Shown: piece after piece, positions 8,109 through 16,900 of the stretch
How the letters are laid out: each line of letters opens with the position of its first letter
Numbering within the stretch: the first letter of the stretch is position 1
From: Bdellovibrio sp.
GTDB taxonomy: Bacteria; Bdellovibrionota; Bdellovibrionia; Bdellovibrionales; Bdellovibrionaceae
DNA: 17,549 nt
Direction of reading: 5' to 3'
NCBI GenBank assembly: GCA_046318155.1
Contig: JBKCUU010000112.1
Coordinates: 1 to 17,549 of the forward strand
Translations under genes and position numbers: made by a program
Notes under the pieces: model-generated
What the model was told of the DNA's origin: nothing
The model's database searches: none
The model's input: the letters and a program-made list of their open reading frames with translations, nothing else

Positions 8109-10235
8109 ATGAATACTCACCAAAGGTTGTCAGGAAGCCGACCCGAATGGATTGTGATTATTTTCACAGTCGCTGGGCTTTTTTTGATTCCATGTAAAAC
8201 AGCGCATCGAAAAGTTTTTTTCTTTGGTCAACCCTTGGTTATTCAAACGTCAAAGACGTCCCCTGCTCGCGTCGCTCTTCATGAAACTCTAGATCGCAGC
8301 TTTAAGCGTTCGTCGATGTTTAGTGACGACAACGAGCTTACGTCACCATCGATTAATTTGAATCAGTTCATCACTAAAAAGTCCGTCATCCGCGGGCAAG
8401 CAATTCGCTACAAGAAATTGGAGCTCGAGCCTCTGCAGCTACCTCGCGAAAGCGCGGTCAAGATTTTAGATGACCAAGCATTTTTAGATAGTCTCCCTGC
8501 TCCCCACCGCAAACGAGTGGATCTCGCGCAGGCAAGATCGGATACCCTCGCTCAGGATTGGACCATCCCAACGATTCGAGATGCGTTTGAAGAAAAAATT
8601 GCCGAGATCAAAACTCAAACTCAGCAAACTAGAAACGCGAACATCTTTGTTGCCGCCGCCGATAGCGAAGGCAACTGGACAAGCGAGGCCGAATCAAAAG
8701 CCAATTCGACGGCTGGCGTTGAGGCCGGAACCAAGCCGGCTTCGGCTTCGGCCTCGGCCAAACAAGAAGGGTTCTTGATCCAGGGTCAAATTACCATTCC
8801 CGAGAGCAGCGCGGGTGAAATTGTCATGGGGCCTGGCCACTTTATGGAAGTTCGCTGGATTGATGAAGGAATCGCAAAAGATCCGGGCCGAATTGATCTT
8901 CCGACAAGCACCTACAAGATTTCAGTTCCTCAGCTCACCGGCACCATCAGCGCCAAGATGTTTGACAAAAGTGGCCAAGAGGTCGCTTCGGGTCAGTTTC
9001 GTTTGAATCAAAACTTAGCTAGAAACCAACTACAAATGGCTTCGATTGATATTCGCCCTCGTAACCGGGTTTCGCGGCAATATTCTGATTTTTACGCGCA
9101 AGCCAATCAAAAATCGATGATGTCGGTCGCGAATCACCGAAAAAATCCCTCACCCGAGGTGATGGTCGGTGCTTTTGCCGAAACAATTCAGGCTGATGCC
9201 GACGGTACACTTAAAGTTGATGGCCTGGCAGAGGGCTCATGGAGCTTTCTAAGGACTAACGCCCAAGGATTTTATCCAACGATCAGCTTGGCTTCTGCAG
9301 GCGACACAGAATCAAGTCCCCTGTTTCCAGAAAAAATGATCAAAGCTTTGATTTCGATTGTTCGAGATTCGCGCGGCATTGGTCTCGGCGGCGAGACCGG
9401 CTCGATCATTTGGGGTCAGACGAAGTCCGCATTTGGTTCAGGCGGTTTAAAAGTTGAGCTTGAGGATCTTCCAGAAGCAAAAGTGGTCTACTTGAATGAG
9501 CTTTTAATTCCCGACGAGAGACTAAATGCGACAAGTTCAAATGGGTATTTTGCCTTTGTCGATTTGCCTCGGGGCTTTTATTCTTTACGGGTAACTCGGG
9601 GAGACAAGCAGGTGGCAGTGGCCAATGTCGAAGTTGATGACGGCGCGGTCTCACCTGTTGAGGTCCGCGAAACAAGTGAAATGCACACCACCGGAATCAA
9701 AGTCTATGACAGCTTCACGGGAAGTCCCCTCGGGGCCCGTGTTTCTGTTCAAAATCTTGAACGCGCACCGGATGTGATGGGGTACCTTGAAATTCAGACA
9801 CCCAAATTGAATCACTTAAACTTGGTGCACGTAAATCCCATCGATATGCAGTATGCACCGGCCCTGTATGTTCAAAATTCGAATGAAGATTACATTCACT
9901 TACCGCTCGTCAGGTCGGATTGGCTCACGAGCGTTCGTGGATCACTCAGGCTCTCGGACTTACCGGACTCGGGAACTTTGATTGGGTTTGTTCCGGCGAC
10001 TGGGTTTGAAGTTCACTTGACTCATTTACCCGATCTTGACCCTTCACAAGTTGTCTATTTCGATGCTCAGGGACAGCCCGTTCCATCAGGCGTTGCTGGT
10101 GGTGGGTTTGTGGTCTTTAATGTTCCGGCAGGCAGTCATTCGATTCTCGTTATTCCGCAAGATTCAAACGTTGCGCAAAGCAAGGTTATCCCTGTTGATT
10201 CGGGGACTTTGAATATTCTAAAATTCGACTTTTAA
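8109..10235 (+). CDS. Large membrane-anchored or exported protein with probable beta-sandwich (carboxypeptidase-regulatory/transthyretin-like) repeats
   Basis: 708-aa ORF; N-terminal hydrophobic segment WIVIIFTVAGLFLIP; repeated signatures TSSNGYFAFVDLPRGFYSLRV, GGFVVFNVPAGSHSILV and DADGTLKVDGLAEGSW. Confidence 0.65.
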   Translation: MNTHQRLSGSRPEWIVIIFTVAGLFLIPCKTAHRKVFFFGQPLVIQTSKTSPARVALHETLDRSFKRSSMFSDDNELTSPSINLNQFITKKSVIRGQAIRYKKLELEPLQLPRESAVKILDDQAFLDSLPAPHRKRVDLAQARSDTLAQDWTIPTIRDAFEEKIAEIKTQTQQTRNANIFVAAADSEGNWTSEAESKANSTAGVEAGTKPASASASAKQEGFLIQGQITIPESSAGEIVMGPGHFMEVRWIDEGIAKDPGRIDLPTSTYKISVPQLTGTISAKMFDKSGQEVASGQFRLNQNLARNQLQMASIDIRPRNRVSRQYSDFYAQANQKSMMSVANHRKNPSPEVMVGAFAETIQADADGTLKVDGLAEGSWSFLRTNAQGFYPTISLASAGDTESSPLFPEKMIKALISIVRDSRGIGLGGETGSIIWGQTKSAFGSGGLKVELEDLPEAKVVYLNELLIPDERLNATSSNGYFAFVDLPRGFYSLRVTRGDKQVAVANVEVDDGAVSPVEVRETSEMHTTGIKVYDSFTGSPLGARVSVQNLERAPDVMGYLEIQTPKLNHLNLVHVNPIDMQYAPALYVQNSNEDYIHLPLVRSDWLTSVRGSLRLSDLPDSGTLIGFVPATGFEVHLTHLPDLDPSQVVYFDAQGQPVPSGVAGGGFVVFNVPAGSHSILVIPQDSNVAQSKVIPVDSGTLNILKFDF

Positions 10236-11481
10236 AAAAGTCGCCACGCTTTTCAAACGATGTGAATTGATCCAAACTTGTGCCACCCGGACTAAAGAGC
10301 ACGAGGTCGCCGGGACGAACTTGTGAGAAGGTAAAATTAAGTGCCTGCTCAAGTCGTTCAAAGTATTCACCCGTCAGTCCAGAGCCTTGAGCTGCGCGAA
10401 CTCCGCACTCACCAAAAAAAACAAAGTGTCGACGCGGATTCTCCAGCTTTTTTAAGTCGACCCAGGGTAAATTTTTGTCTCGGCCGCCAAGCAAAATGAA
10501 AGTTGTACCCTTCGAGAGGTTCGCAGTCGAATGCACGGCTTGCAAGACAGATTCGACTGTCGTTGCCTTGCTATCATTAATAAATTGAACGCCTCGGGTG
10601 TGACCTAAGTTTTCGAGACGGTGCGGAAGCCCGGAAAACTCCAGAAATCCTTCAATCGAAATCTCGGGCCAGCCGAGCTCTCTCGATAAGCGAATAACAA
10701 GAGCAAGGTTGTCATAATTATGGTGCCCCACGAGTTTTGCCTGATGAAACGGAAAACTTAAAAACTCGGGCGACATCGACGACGACCAAATCCAAGGTCC
10801 GTGCTTGTTTTCCGCGTAGCTGGGGAGATCGCCGCCGTGATGATTCAAGACAACCGGACCTGAGGTTTTTGAAATCAGGGTCCACTTTGTGTCGTAATAA
10901 GCTTCAAGGGAGGCATACCGCTCAAGATGATTGGGCGTGAGTGAGGTGAAGATCGTGGCATCGGACCTGAGGTTTGCAAAATTTTCGAGCTGGTAGCTTG
11001 AAAGCTCCAGCGCGATCCAATCAGCCCGGGCCCGACCCTCAAAAAGAGCAGAAACGTAGTCAGCGAGAGGAAAACCAAGATTTCCGCCGACAAAAGCGTT
11101 TGGCGCAAACTGACTGAGGCCTGATTGCAAGAGAGCGACGCAGGTACTTTTGCCAACGGACCCCGTCACGGTGATGACTTTTTCAGATTTTAAGAATGAA
11201 AACGCAATTTCGAGCTCGCTCGTGATTTGGCCCCCGGCTTTTTTAAAAGCCTGAATCCAAGCCGTTTGAAGCGGCACGCCCGGAGACACAATCAGGCTTT
11301 TAGGTTTTTTAGCCAAAAGCTGGACGTTGTCGTTGTCGCTAGCAGACGTGTCGCTCTTGTCGAAAGTCATGATCTGATTGCGAGGAATGCCATACTTCAG
11401 GAGCAAATTCAGGATGGCGCGCCCGGAGAGACCCATTCCGATGATGGCCGTCGGTAATTGTAAAGGAAAAGACATTTTCAT
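10186..11481 (-). CDS. murD: UDP-N-acetylmuramoyl-L-alanine--D-glutamate ligase
   Basis: GMGLSG, SPGVP, TGSVGKST P-loop, GGNLG, ELSSYQLE, GLPHRLE, INDSKAT, LLGGRDK and SPGGTSLDQFTSFEKRG. Start is ATG11481, ATG11475 or GTG11487. Confidence 0.93.
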   Translation of the reverse strand: MKMSFPLQLPTAIIGMGLSGRAILNLLLKYGIPRNQIMTFDKSDTSASDNDNVQLLAKKPKSLIVSPGVPLQTAWIQAFKKAGGQITSELEIAFSFLKSEKVITVTGSVGKSTCVALLQSGLSQFAPNAFVGGNLGFPLADYVSALFEGRARADWIALELSSYQLENFANLRSDATIFTSLTPNHLERYASLEAYYDTKWTLISKTSGPVVLNHHGGDLPSYAENKHGPWIWSSSMSPEFLSFPFHQAKLVGHHNYDNLALVIRLSRELGWPEISIEGFLEFSGLPHRLENLGHTRGVQFINDSKATTVESVLQAVHSTANLSKGTTFILLGGRDKNLPWVDLKKLENPRRHFVFFGECGVRAAQGSGLTGEYFERLEQALNFTFSQVRPGDLVLFSPGGTSLDQFTSFEKRGDFFKSRILEYSKSPNQQG

Positions 11482-11497
11482 TCGCACAAGAGCTTTG

Positions 11498-11504
11498 TAT
11501 CATA
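11498..11504. promoter_or_regulatory. Putative bidirectional sigma70 -10 element between murD and the metallophosphoesterase gene
   Basis: TATCATA reads TATCAT on + (11498-11503) and TATGAT on - (11504-11499) inside a 31-nt divergent gap. Confidence 0.45.
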
Positions 11505-11512
11505 GTCAGAAG

Positions 11513-12943
11513 ATGTACACAGCAATTATTAGCGATCTACACTTGTGCGAGGCCGAACCGGTTCACCCGAAGTACCCGCTGTGGAAGAAGTTTAAGACCC
11601 GCGAGTTTTTCTTTGATCACACGTTCGCGCATTTCTTGAAACACATCGAACAAAAAGCCCAGGGTCAACCAATCGAACTCATTTTAAATGGTGACATCTT
11701 TGATTTTGACGGAGTCCTCGCCCTTCCTCACGAGCCTGCATTTCGTATTTCGTGGCTTGAAACTCAGCGCGGCCTTTTTCCAAGGCCTGAGCGCTCTCGA
11801 TTCAAAATTCAGGTGATCCTGAAAGACCATCCGCATTTTATGAAGGCGCTTGCAGATTTTGTAACCCGCGGACATAGCTGCGTGATCGTGATTGGCAATC
11901 ACGATCTTGAAATGCATTTTCCAGGGGTGCGTTCTGAGATCGAGGCGTCTCTCAATTTATCCGATGAAGCAAAAGGTCGATTTCGCTTTGCTGACTGGTT
12001 CTATATTTCGAACAAAGACACCTTAATCGAACACGGCAATCAGTACGATCCTTACTGTGTTTGCGAAGACCCGGTAAATCCGTTCCAGCAAGGTTACAAC
12101 TTTAAGACGATGCGCCTGCCGTTCGGGAACTTAGCCTGTCGGTACATGGTCAACGGAATGGGCTTTTTCAACCCGCATGTTGAATCCAACTACATCATGT
12201 CTTTATCTGAATACGTGCGCTTTTTTTTCAAATATGTGATTCGGGCCCAGCCACTTTTGATGTGGACATGGTTTTCGGGCGCGATGGTGACGCTTTGGTA
12301 CTCATTCGTCAATCGGCTTGATGAGCCCATTCGAGATCCCTTGCGCGTCGAGGATCGGGTTAACAGTATCGCCGAAAGAGCCAATGCTGAACCTCGTATG
12401 GTCCGCGAGCTCCGCGAACTTTTTGCTGTTCCGGCGACGAACAATCCCTTGTTGATTGCGCGTGAGCTCTGGCTGGACCGGGCCCTCCTGGTTCTCGTCG
12501 GATTTTTTATCATTTTTCAGCTGATGATTGTGATCCGGCAGCTTTTTGAGGTGTCATTCTTCTGGGCTTTTATTCCGCTCTTCATGTTACTGCCGTTCTT
12601 TATTTTTTACAGCAAGTCGGTCGCTTCAATGGCCTCAAAGTATAAAGAGCCCGATGAAAAGATTCTGTCGACCGCGAGTGCCATTACCCGTGTTCAGCGC
12701 ATCGTTTATGGCCACACCCATATTGCGCGGCATGAAATGATCGGGGCGGTTGAGCACCTCAACTCGGGTTGTTGGTCACCTGCGTTCTCGGATGTCGAGT
12801 GCACAAAACCGGTGGGACAAAAGACCTTTGTTTGGATAGAGCCCGATCAGGAGGGCCGACGCGCCCAGCTCTTGATGTTCAAAGACAACACCTCCTCGGA
12901 GGCTCTGGCTGGAAACCGCATCGAACGACGTAAATCGAGTTAA
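11513..12943 (+). CDS. Calcineurin-like metallophosphoesterase with an inserted two-helix membrane segment
   Basis: All five motifs present: ISDLH, NGDIFD, GNHD, EHG, GHTH. Hydrophobic hairpin ALLVLVGFFIIFQLMIVI / FFWAFIPLFMLLPFFIFY precedes the last motif. ATG11513 avoids overlap with murD. Confidence 0.88.
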   Translation: MYTAIISDLHLCEAEPVHPKYPLWKKFKTREFFFDHTFAHFLKHIEQKAQGQPIELILNGDIFDFDGVLALPHEPAFRISWLETQRGLFPRPERSRFKIQVILKDHPHFMKALADFVTRGHSCVIVIGNHDLEMHFPGVRSEIEASLNLSDEAKGRFRFADWFYISNKDTLIEHGNQYDPYCVCEDPVNPFQQGYNFKTMRLPFGNLACRYMVNGMGFFNPHVESNYIMSLSEYVRFFFKYVIRAQPLLMWTWFSGAMVTLWYSFVNRLDEPIRDPLRVEDRVNSIAERANAEPRMVRELRELFAVPATNNPLLIARELWLDRALLVLVGFFIIFQLMIVIRQLFEVSFFWAFIPLFMLLPFFIFYSKSVASMASKYKEPDEKILSTASAITRVQRIVYGHTHIARHEMIGAVEHLNSGCWSPAFSDVECTKPVGQKTFVWIEPDQEGRRAQLLMFKDNTSSEALAGNRIERRKSS

Positions 12944-12988
12944 ACCTAGGTTCCGGCGGACGACGATGCGCGCCAAGGCTTCTTGTCG

Positions 12989-13018
12989 TTGTCAATAAGG
13001 GAGCCCCTATGTCACGCT
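12989..13018 (+). promoter_or_regulatory. Candidate sigma70 promoter for the histone gene
   Basis: TTGTCA (12989-12994), 18-nt spacer, then TGn-CACGCT extended -10-like element (13010-13018). Weak -10 match. Confidence 0.3.
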
Positions 13019-13028
13019 GATCGTTCCC

Positions 13029-13034
13029 AGGAGG
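13029..13034 (+). promoter_or_regulatory. Strong Shine-Dalgarno site for the histone gene
   Basis: AGGAGG ending 5 nt before ATG13040. Confidence 0.85.
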
Positions 13035-13039
13035 TTTCA

Positions 13040-13234
13040 ATGGCAGACGTTCTTGTTGTGACAAGCAAAGTTAAGAAATTTATTAAAGAAAAAGGCGAAA
13101 TGAATACTTCAGCTGAGACTGTCGACGTCTTGAGCAAAGCAATCGAAGCTCTCTGCGCTAAAGGCATCGAGAGTGCCAAAGCCGATGGCCGCAAGACCGT
13201 CATGGCTCGTGATATTCATATCGAACACCTGTAA
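13040..13234 (+). CDS. Bacterial histone-fold protein (Bd0055/HBb-like nucleoid protein), 64 aa
   Basis: MADVLVVTSKVKKFIKEKGEMNTSAETVDVLSKAIEALCAKGIESAKADGRKTVMARDIHIEHL shows a helix-loop-long helix pattern and the histone L2 signature A-x-x-x-G-R-K-T-V-x-x-x-D. It closely resembles Bdellovibrio bacteriovorus Bd0055 as recalled. Confidence 0.93.
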   Translation: MADVLVVTSKVKKFIKEKGEMNTSAETVDVLSKAIEALCAKGIESAKADGRKTVMARDIHIEHL

Positions 13235-13265
13235 GCGCTCCGGTTTCGACTCCATTTATTCTGAA

Positions 13266-13304
13266 AAAAGGCTGAGGTCCTAAGATCTCGGCCTTTTGTT
13301 TTTT
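13266..13304 (+). terminator. Rho-independent terminator after the histone gene
   Basis: AAAAGGCTGAGGTC-CTAA-GATCTCGGCCTTTT stem with two G-U pairs, running into TTTTGTTTTTT; the A-tract upstream could make it bidirectional. Confidence 0.85.
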
Positions 13305-13356
13305 ACTCTTCTGGTTTCTTTGCCGAGAAGGCTAGGGCGTGGCTTGAAAACTGGAC

Positions 13357-13953
13357 TTGGCAGCCGAGACCAAGTTGAAGATGAATTTCGTCAATGAAGA
13401 CATCACGAAGGTTATCGAAGTCTACTCGAAGGCCGCCAATCAAAAATTTATTATTGATCCCAGTGTTCGCGGCAAGGTGACCTTGCTCAATCCCGAAGAC
13501 ATCGACCTGACCGAAGCCTTCAATCAAATTTCGGGCGCGCTGATGCTCAATGGCTTTTCGTAAGTTTATCAAGGTGATGTGATCGTGATCCGCTCGGCGC
13601 GCAATATTCAGCGCGATGGTATTGAAGTTCTGACTGAGCTTCCCCCGGCTCGTCCTGAGCGCATGGTCACATGGATCGTCACGCTCAAGAACGCATCCGT
13701 CGAAAAAGTGAACCGGGACTTGCGGATTTTGACATCGAAAGACGGCGAGATGTCGATCTTTATGGACACCAATCAGCTCTATATCAGCGACTTTACGTCG
13801 AACCTTTATCGCATCAAGAAAATTTTGGACCGCCTCGACCAACCCGTGCCTCCCGCAATTGCAAAAATTGTGAAAGAGGGCGAAGTCGACCGCAAGAAAA
13901 ACAAGAGCGATCGAGTTGATCGCCGAGAGGCCAAGAGCCCCGATCGCCCTTAG
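13357..13953 (+). pseudogene. Secretin (GspD-like) N0-N1 domain-only gene interrupted by an in-frame TAA
   Basis: MNFVNEDITKVIE...FIIDPSVRGKVTLL (N0) and MVTWIVTLKNAS...DTNQLYISD...RIKKILDRLD (N1) lie in the same frame, separated by TAA at 13561-13563. No in-frame signal peptide and no C-terminal secretin barrel. Confidence 0.75.
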
Positions 13954-16900
13954 GCCTCGGCGGCTTCGTTGCCCACGTGTTCAAAGGCTTTTTTTGTGTC
14001 TTCGCGCTGAGTATCTCGGCGCCTGAAGCGATCCATCAATAAGTACACGCAAGGAACAACCACCAAAGTCAGAACAGTCGAAACCAAAACCCCACCGATC
14101 AAACAGATCGCCATGGGACGCATGGTTTCGGACCCCTCGCCCGTTGCCGTTGCCGAGGGAAGAGCGGCCGCGATTGTTGCAACCGAAGTCATTAAAATAG
14201 GCCGAAGACGGACAGGGCAAGCTTCAATCAAAGCCGCTTTCGCCGTTTGCGTCCCACGGTCTCGAACCGTGTTGGTAAACTCGATCAAAAGGATCGAGTT
14301 TTTCTTCACGATCCCCATGAGCAGTAAAAGCCCGATCATCGAAAACATGTTGAGCGATTGCGAGGTCAAGAGCAGGGCAAAGAAGGCCCCGCTAAAACTA
14401 AACGGAAGCGCCATCAAGATGGCGACGGGATCGATGAACGAGTTGAACTGACTTGCTAGAACCATGTAGGCAATGACCAAGCCCATGACCAAAGCAAAGA
14501 TCAAGCTTTGAAATGATTCTTTAAAAGTTTTTGAGCTTCCGCCTTGTTGAATCATGTATCCCGGATCCAAAATCTCGCGAGCCTTGGTCTCGACAAAGGC
14601 CATGGCGTCTTGCTGTGAAACCCCAGGCTTAAGATTGGAATAGATGCTGATGGCGCGCTGGCGATTTTTGCGAGAGATCGCTTGAAGCGCCTTGGTTTGC
14701 TCCTGCTTCACCATGGCGGGCATTGAAATCAAATTTCCACGCGTGTTGCTGACCACAAGTGAGGAAATCTCTTTCGTGCGATCGCCGCTATCCAGAAGTT
14801 TCACCTTAATGTCGTAGCGGTGACCTCCTTGTGGGAACTCGCCGGCTTTAACGCCCGCGATCAGCGCGTTCACCGTGGTTCCGATTTGTGAAATACTGAC
14901 GCCGTGATTAGCCGCCGAGGTTCGCTCGGGGATGACTTGAATCTCGGGCATCCCCGCTTTAAAGTCAGAATCCACGTCAACCATGAGACCGCTTTTACTC
15001 ATCTCTTCGCGCATTCTTGCCTCGAATTCGGCAAGCTTATCCCAGTCTGAGCCTAAAAGCGAAAACTCGACGGGATACCCGCGCCCACCCGAGAAGCCCT
15101 GCTGAGAGAGATCCATCAAAATAGGCCGCGTATCTTCAATTTTAGCGAGTTCAGGACGAATGACTTCCATAAACTGCTGCTGCGAAAGCTCTTTGCCCGA
15201 CGCTGGATCAAGGCCCCGTTTTCCGCGATCCTTCAGGGTAATGAACATCATCGTGATGTTCGAATCTCCGGCACCGCCGCCAAAACCACCAACGGCCGCA
15301 TACACTTTGTCAACTTCGGACCGTGCGCGGAGCAGGTCTTCGGCTTTCTTGCTTTGCTTGTCCGCATAAGCCAGGGATGTTCCAACTGGAAAAATAAGAC
15401 GGGCCATAAATGAGCCCTGGTCTTGCGCGGGTGACATTTCTTTGCGCAAAAACTTGATCGAGAAAAACGACAGGGCCACAAAAACAAGAGATCCCACGAT
15501 CACCTTCCACGGGTGATTCAGTGAGGCGCGCAGGCAGCGGTCATAAAACCGGATCAAAGCATGAAGTGAGCCCTCAAACGCCCGTCCGATCCGGGTCGTT
15601 CGTTCGCCATGATGAACAAAGGCCGCACAACGCATCGGCGTGATCGTCAGCGATTCAACCAACGACAGAAAGACGGCAAGTGAGATTGTAACCCCGAACT
15701 GCATGAAGAACTTGCCAATGATTCCGGACATGAAGGCGACAGGTAAAAAAATCGCAATAACGGCGGCCGTGGCGGCAATAGCGGCAAAGCCGATTTCACG
15801 CGCCCCCACAATAGCAGACTCGATCCTGCCATAGCCTTTTTCGTTGTACCTAAAGATGTTTTCCAAAACCATGATCGCATCGTCGACGACGATCCCGATG
15901 GCCAGAGTCAAGCCAAGCAACGTAAAGGTGTTGAGGGTGTAGCCAAGGAAGTAAAGCCCGATGAAAGATCCCAGGAGCGAAGTCGGGATGGAGAGCAAAA
16001 CATTGAACGTCGCGGACCAACTGCCCAAGAAAAACCAACAAACAACAGAAGTTAAAATCACAGCCAAGACCAAGTGTTTGTTCAGCTCGTGCACCGATTG
16101 TTCGATGAACTTGGTGCTGTCAAAGTTGACAGCTAAATTAAGACCTTTGGGGAGCTGAGGATTGATCTCGTTAATTTTTTCTTTAACGGCCCTGGCAACG
16201 GCAACAGCATTGGTGCCCCGCTGTTTGCGAATCCCAAGACCCAGCGCGGGTTTTCCATTAAAGCGAGAAATGCGCCTAATTTCATCCAACCCAAAACTGA
16301 TATCAGCGACTTGGTGGAGCCGAACAAGGTTTGTGGGGTCGGCGATCGCTTGGCCACCGCGTTTACTGATGATAATGTTTTTGAACTCGTCGACGCTTTT
16401 GGCCTCGCCCATAGTCCGAACATTGAATTGCGTTTTTTCGGTTTCGATAAAACCGCCGGGGCTCTCTTTATGCTCACCTTTGATCGCATCTAAAACATCG
16501 TTCACCGAAATGCTAAAGCGATTGAGATCTTGGGGGCGAACACGAACTCGCATGACTGAATCTGTGTAGCCACCTAAAAAAATATCACCGACGCCTTCAA
16601 CCGTCGCAAATCGATCTTTGAGATAGTCGCGGGCGTATTGCATCATGTACTGCAAGTCACCCGTCTCTGTCGTGAGCGCGACCCACATAATGGGCTGATC
16701 TTCAGGATTTGTTTTTGAGATCGTCGGGGGATCAAGGTTATCTGGAAGAAGTCGCTGTGTGGCCGCGACCTTTGCTTGCACGTCTTGCAAAGCCAGATTG
16801 ATATCGCGGTTCAAATCAAACTCGACGGTAATGCTGGCCGAACCTGTTTTGCTGGTAGAGCTGATCGTCCCAACTCCTTCAACAGTCATAAGGGCACTCT

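Noticed and set aside
8737..8760. (CGGCTT)-like hexamer repeat as a VNTR or regulatory array
   Set aside because: Only four degenerate units encoding an in-frame ASASASA linker.
11378..11512. 45-aa N-terminal extension of the metallophosphoesterase in the ORF track
   Set aside because: It would overlap murD head-to-head, and the first catalytic motif begins right after ATG11513.
12983..13039. 19-aa N-terminal tail on the histone
   Set aside because: It starts at a TTG without an SD, whereas ATG13040 has a perfect AGGAGG and gives the expected 64-aa length. Not a eukaryote-like tail.
13561..13563. Stop-codon reassignment or programmed readthrough of TAA
   Set aside because: TAA terminates many intact genes in this window (ftsK, dapA, the histone gene, the RND permease). 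A nonsense mutation or sequencing error is simpler.
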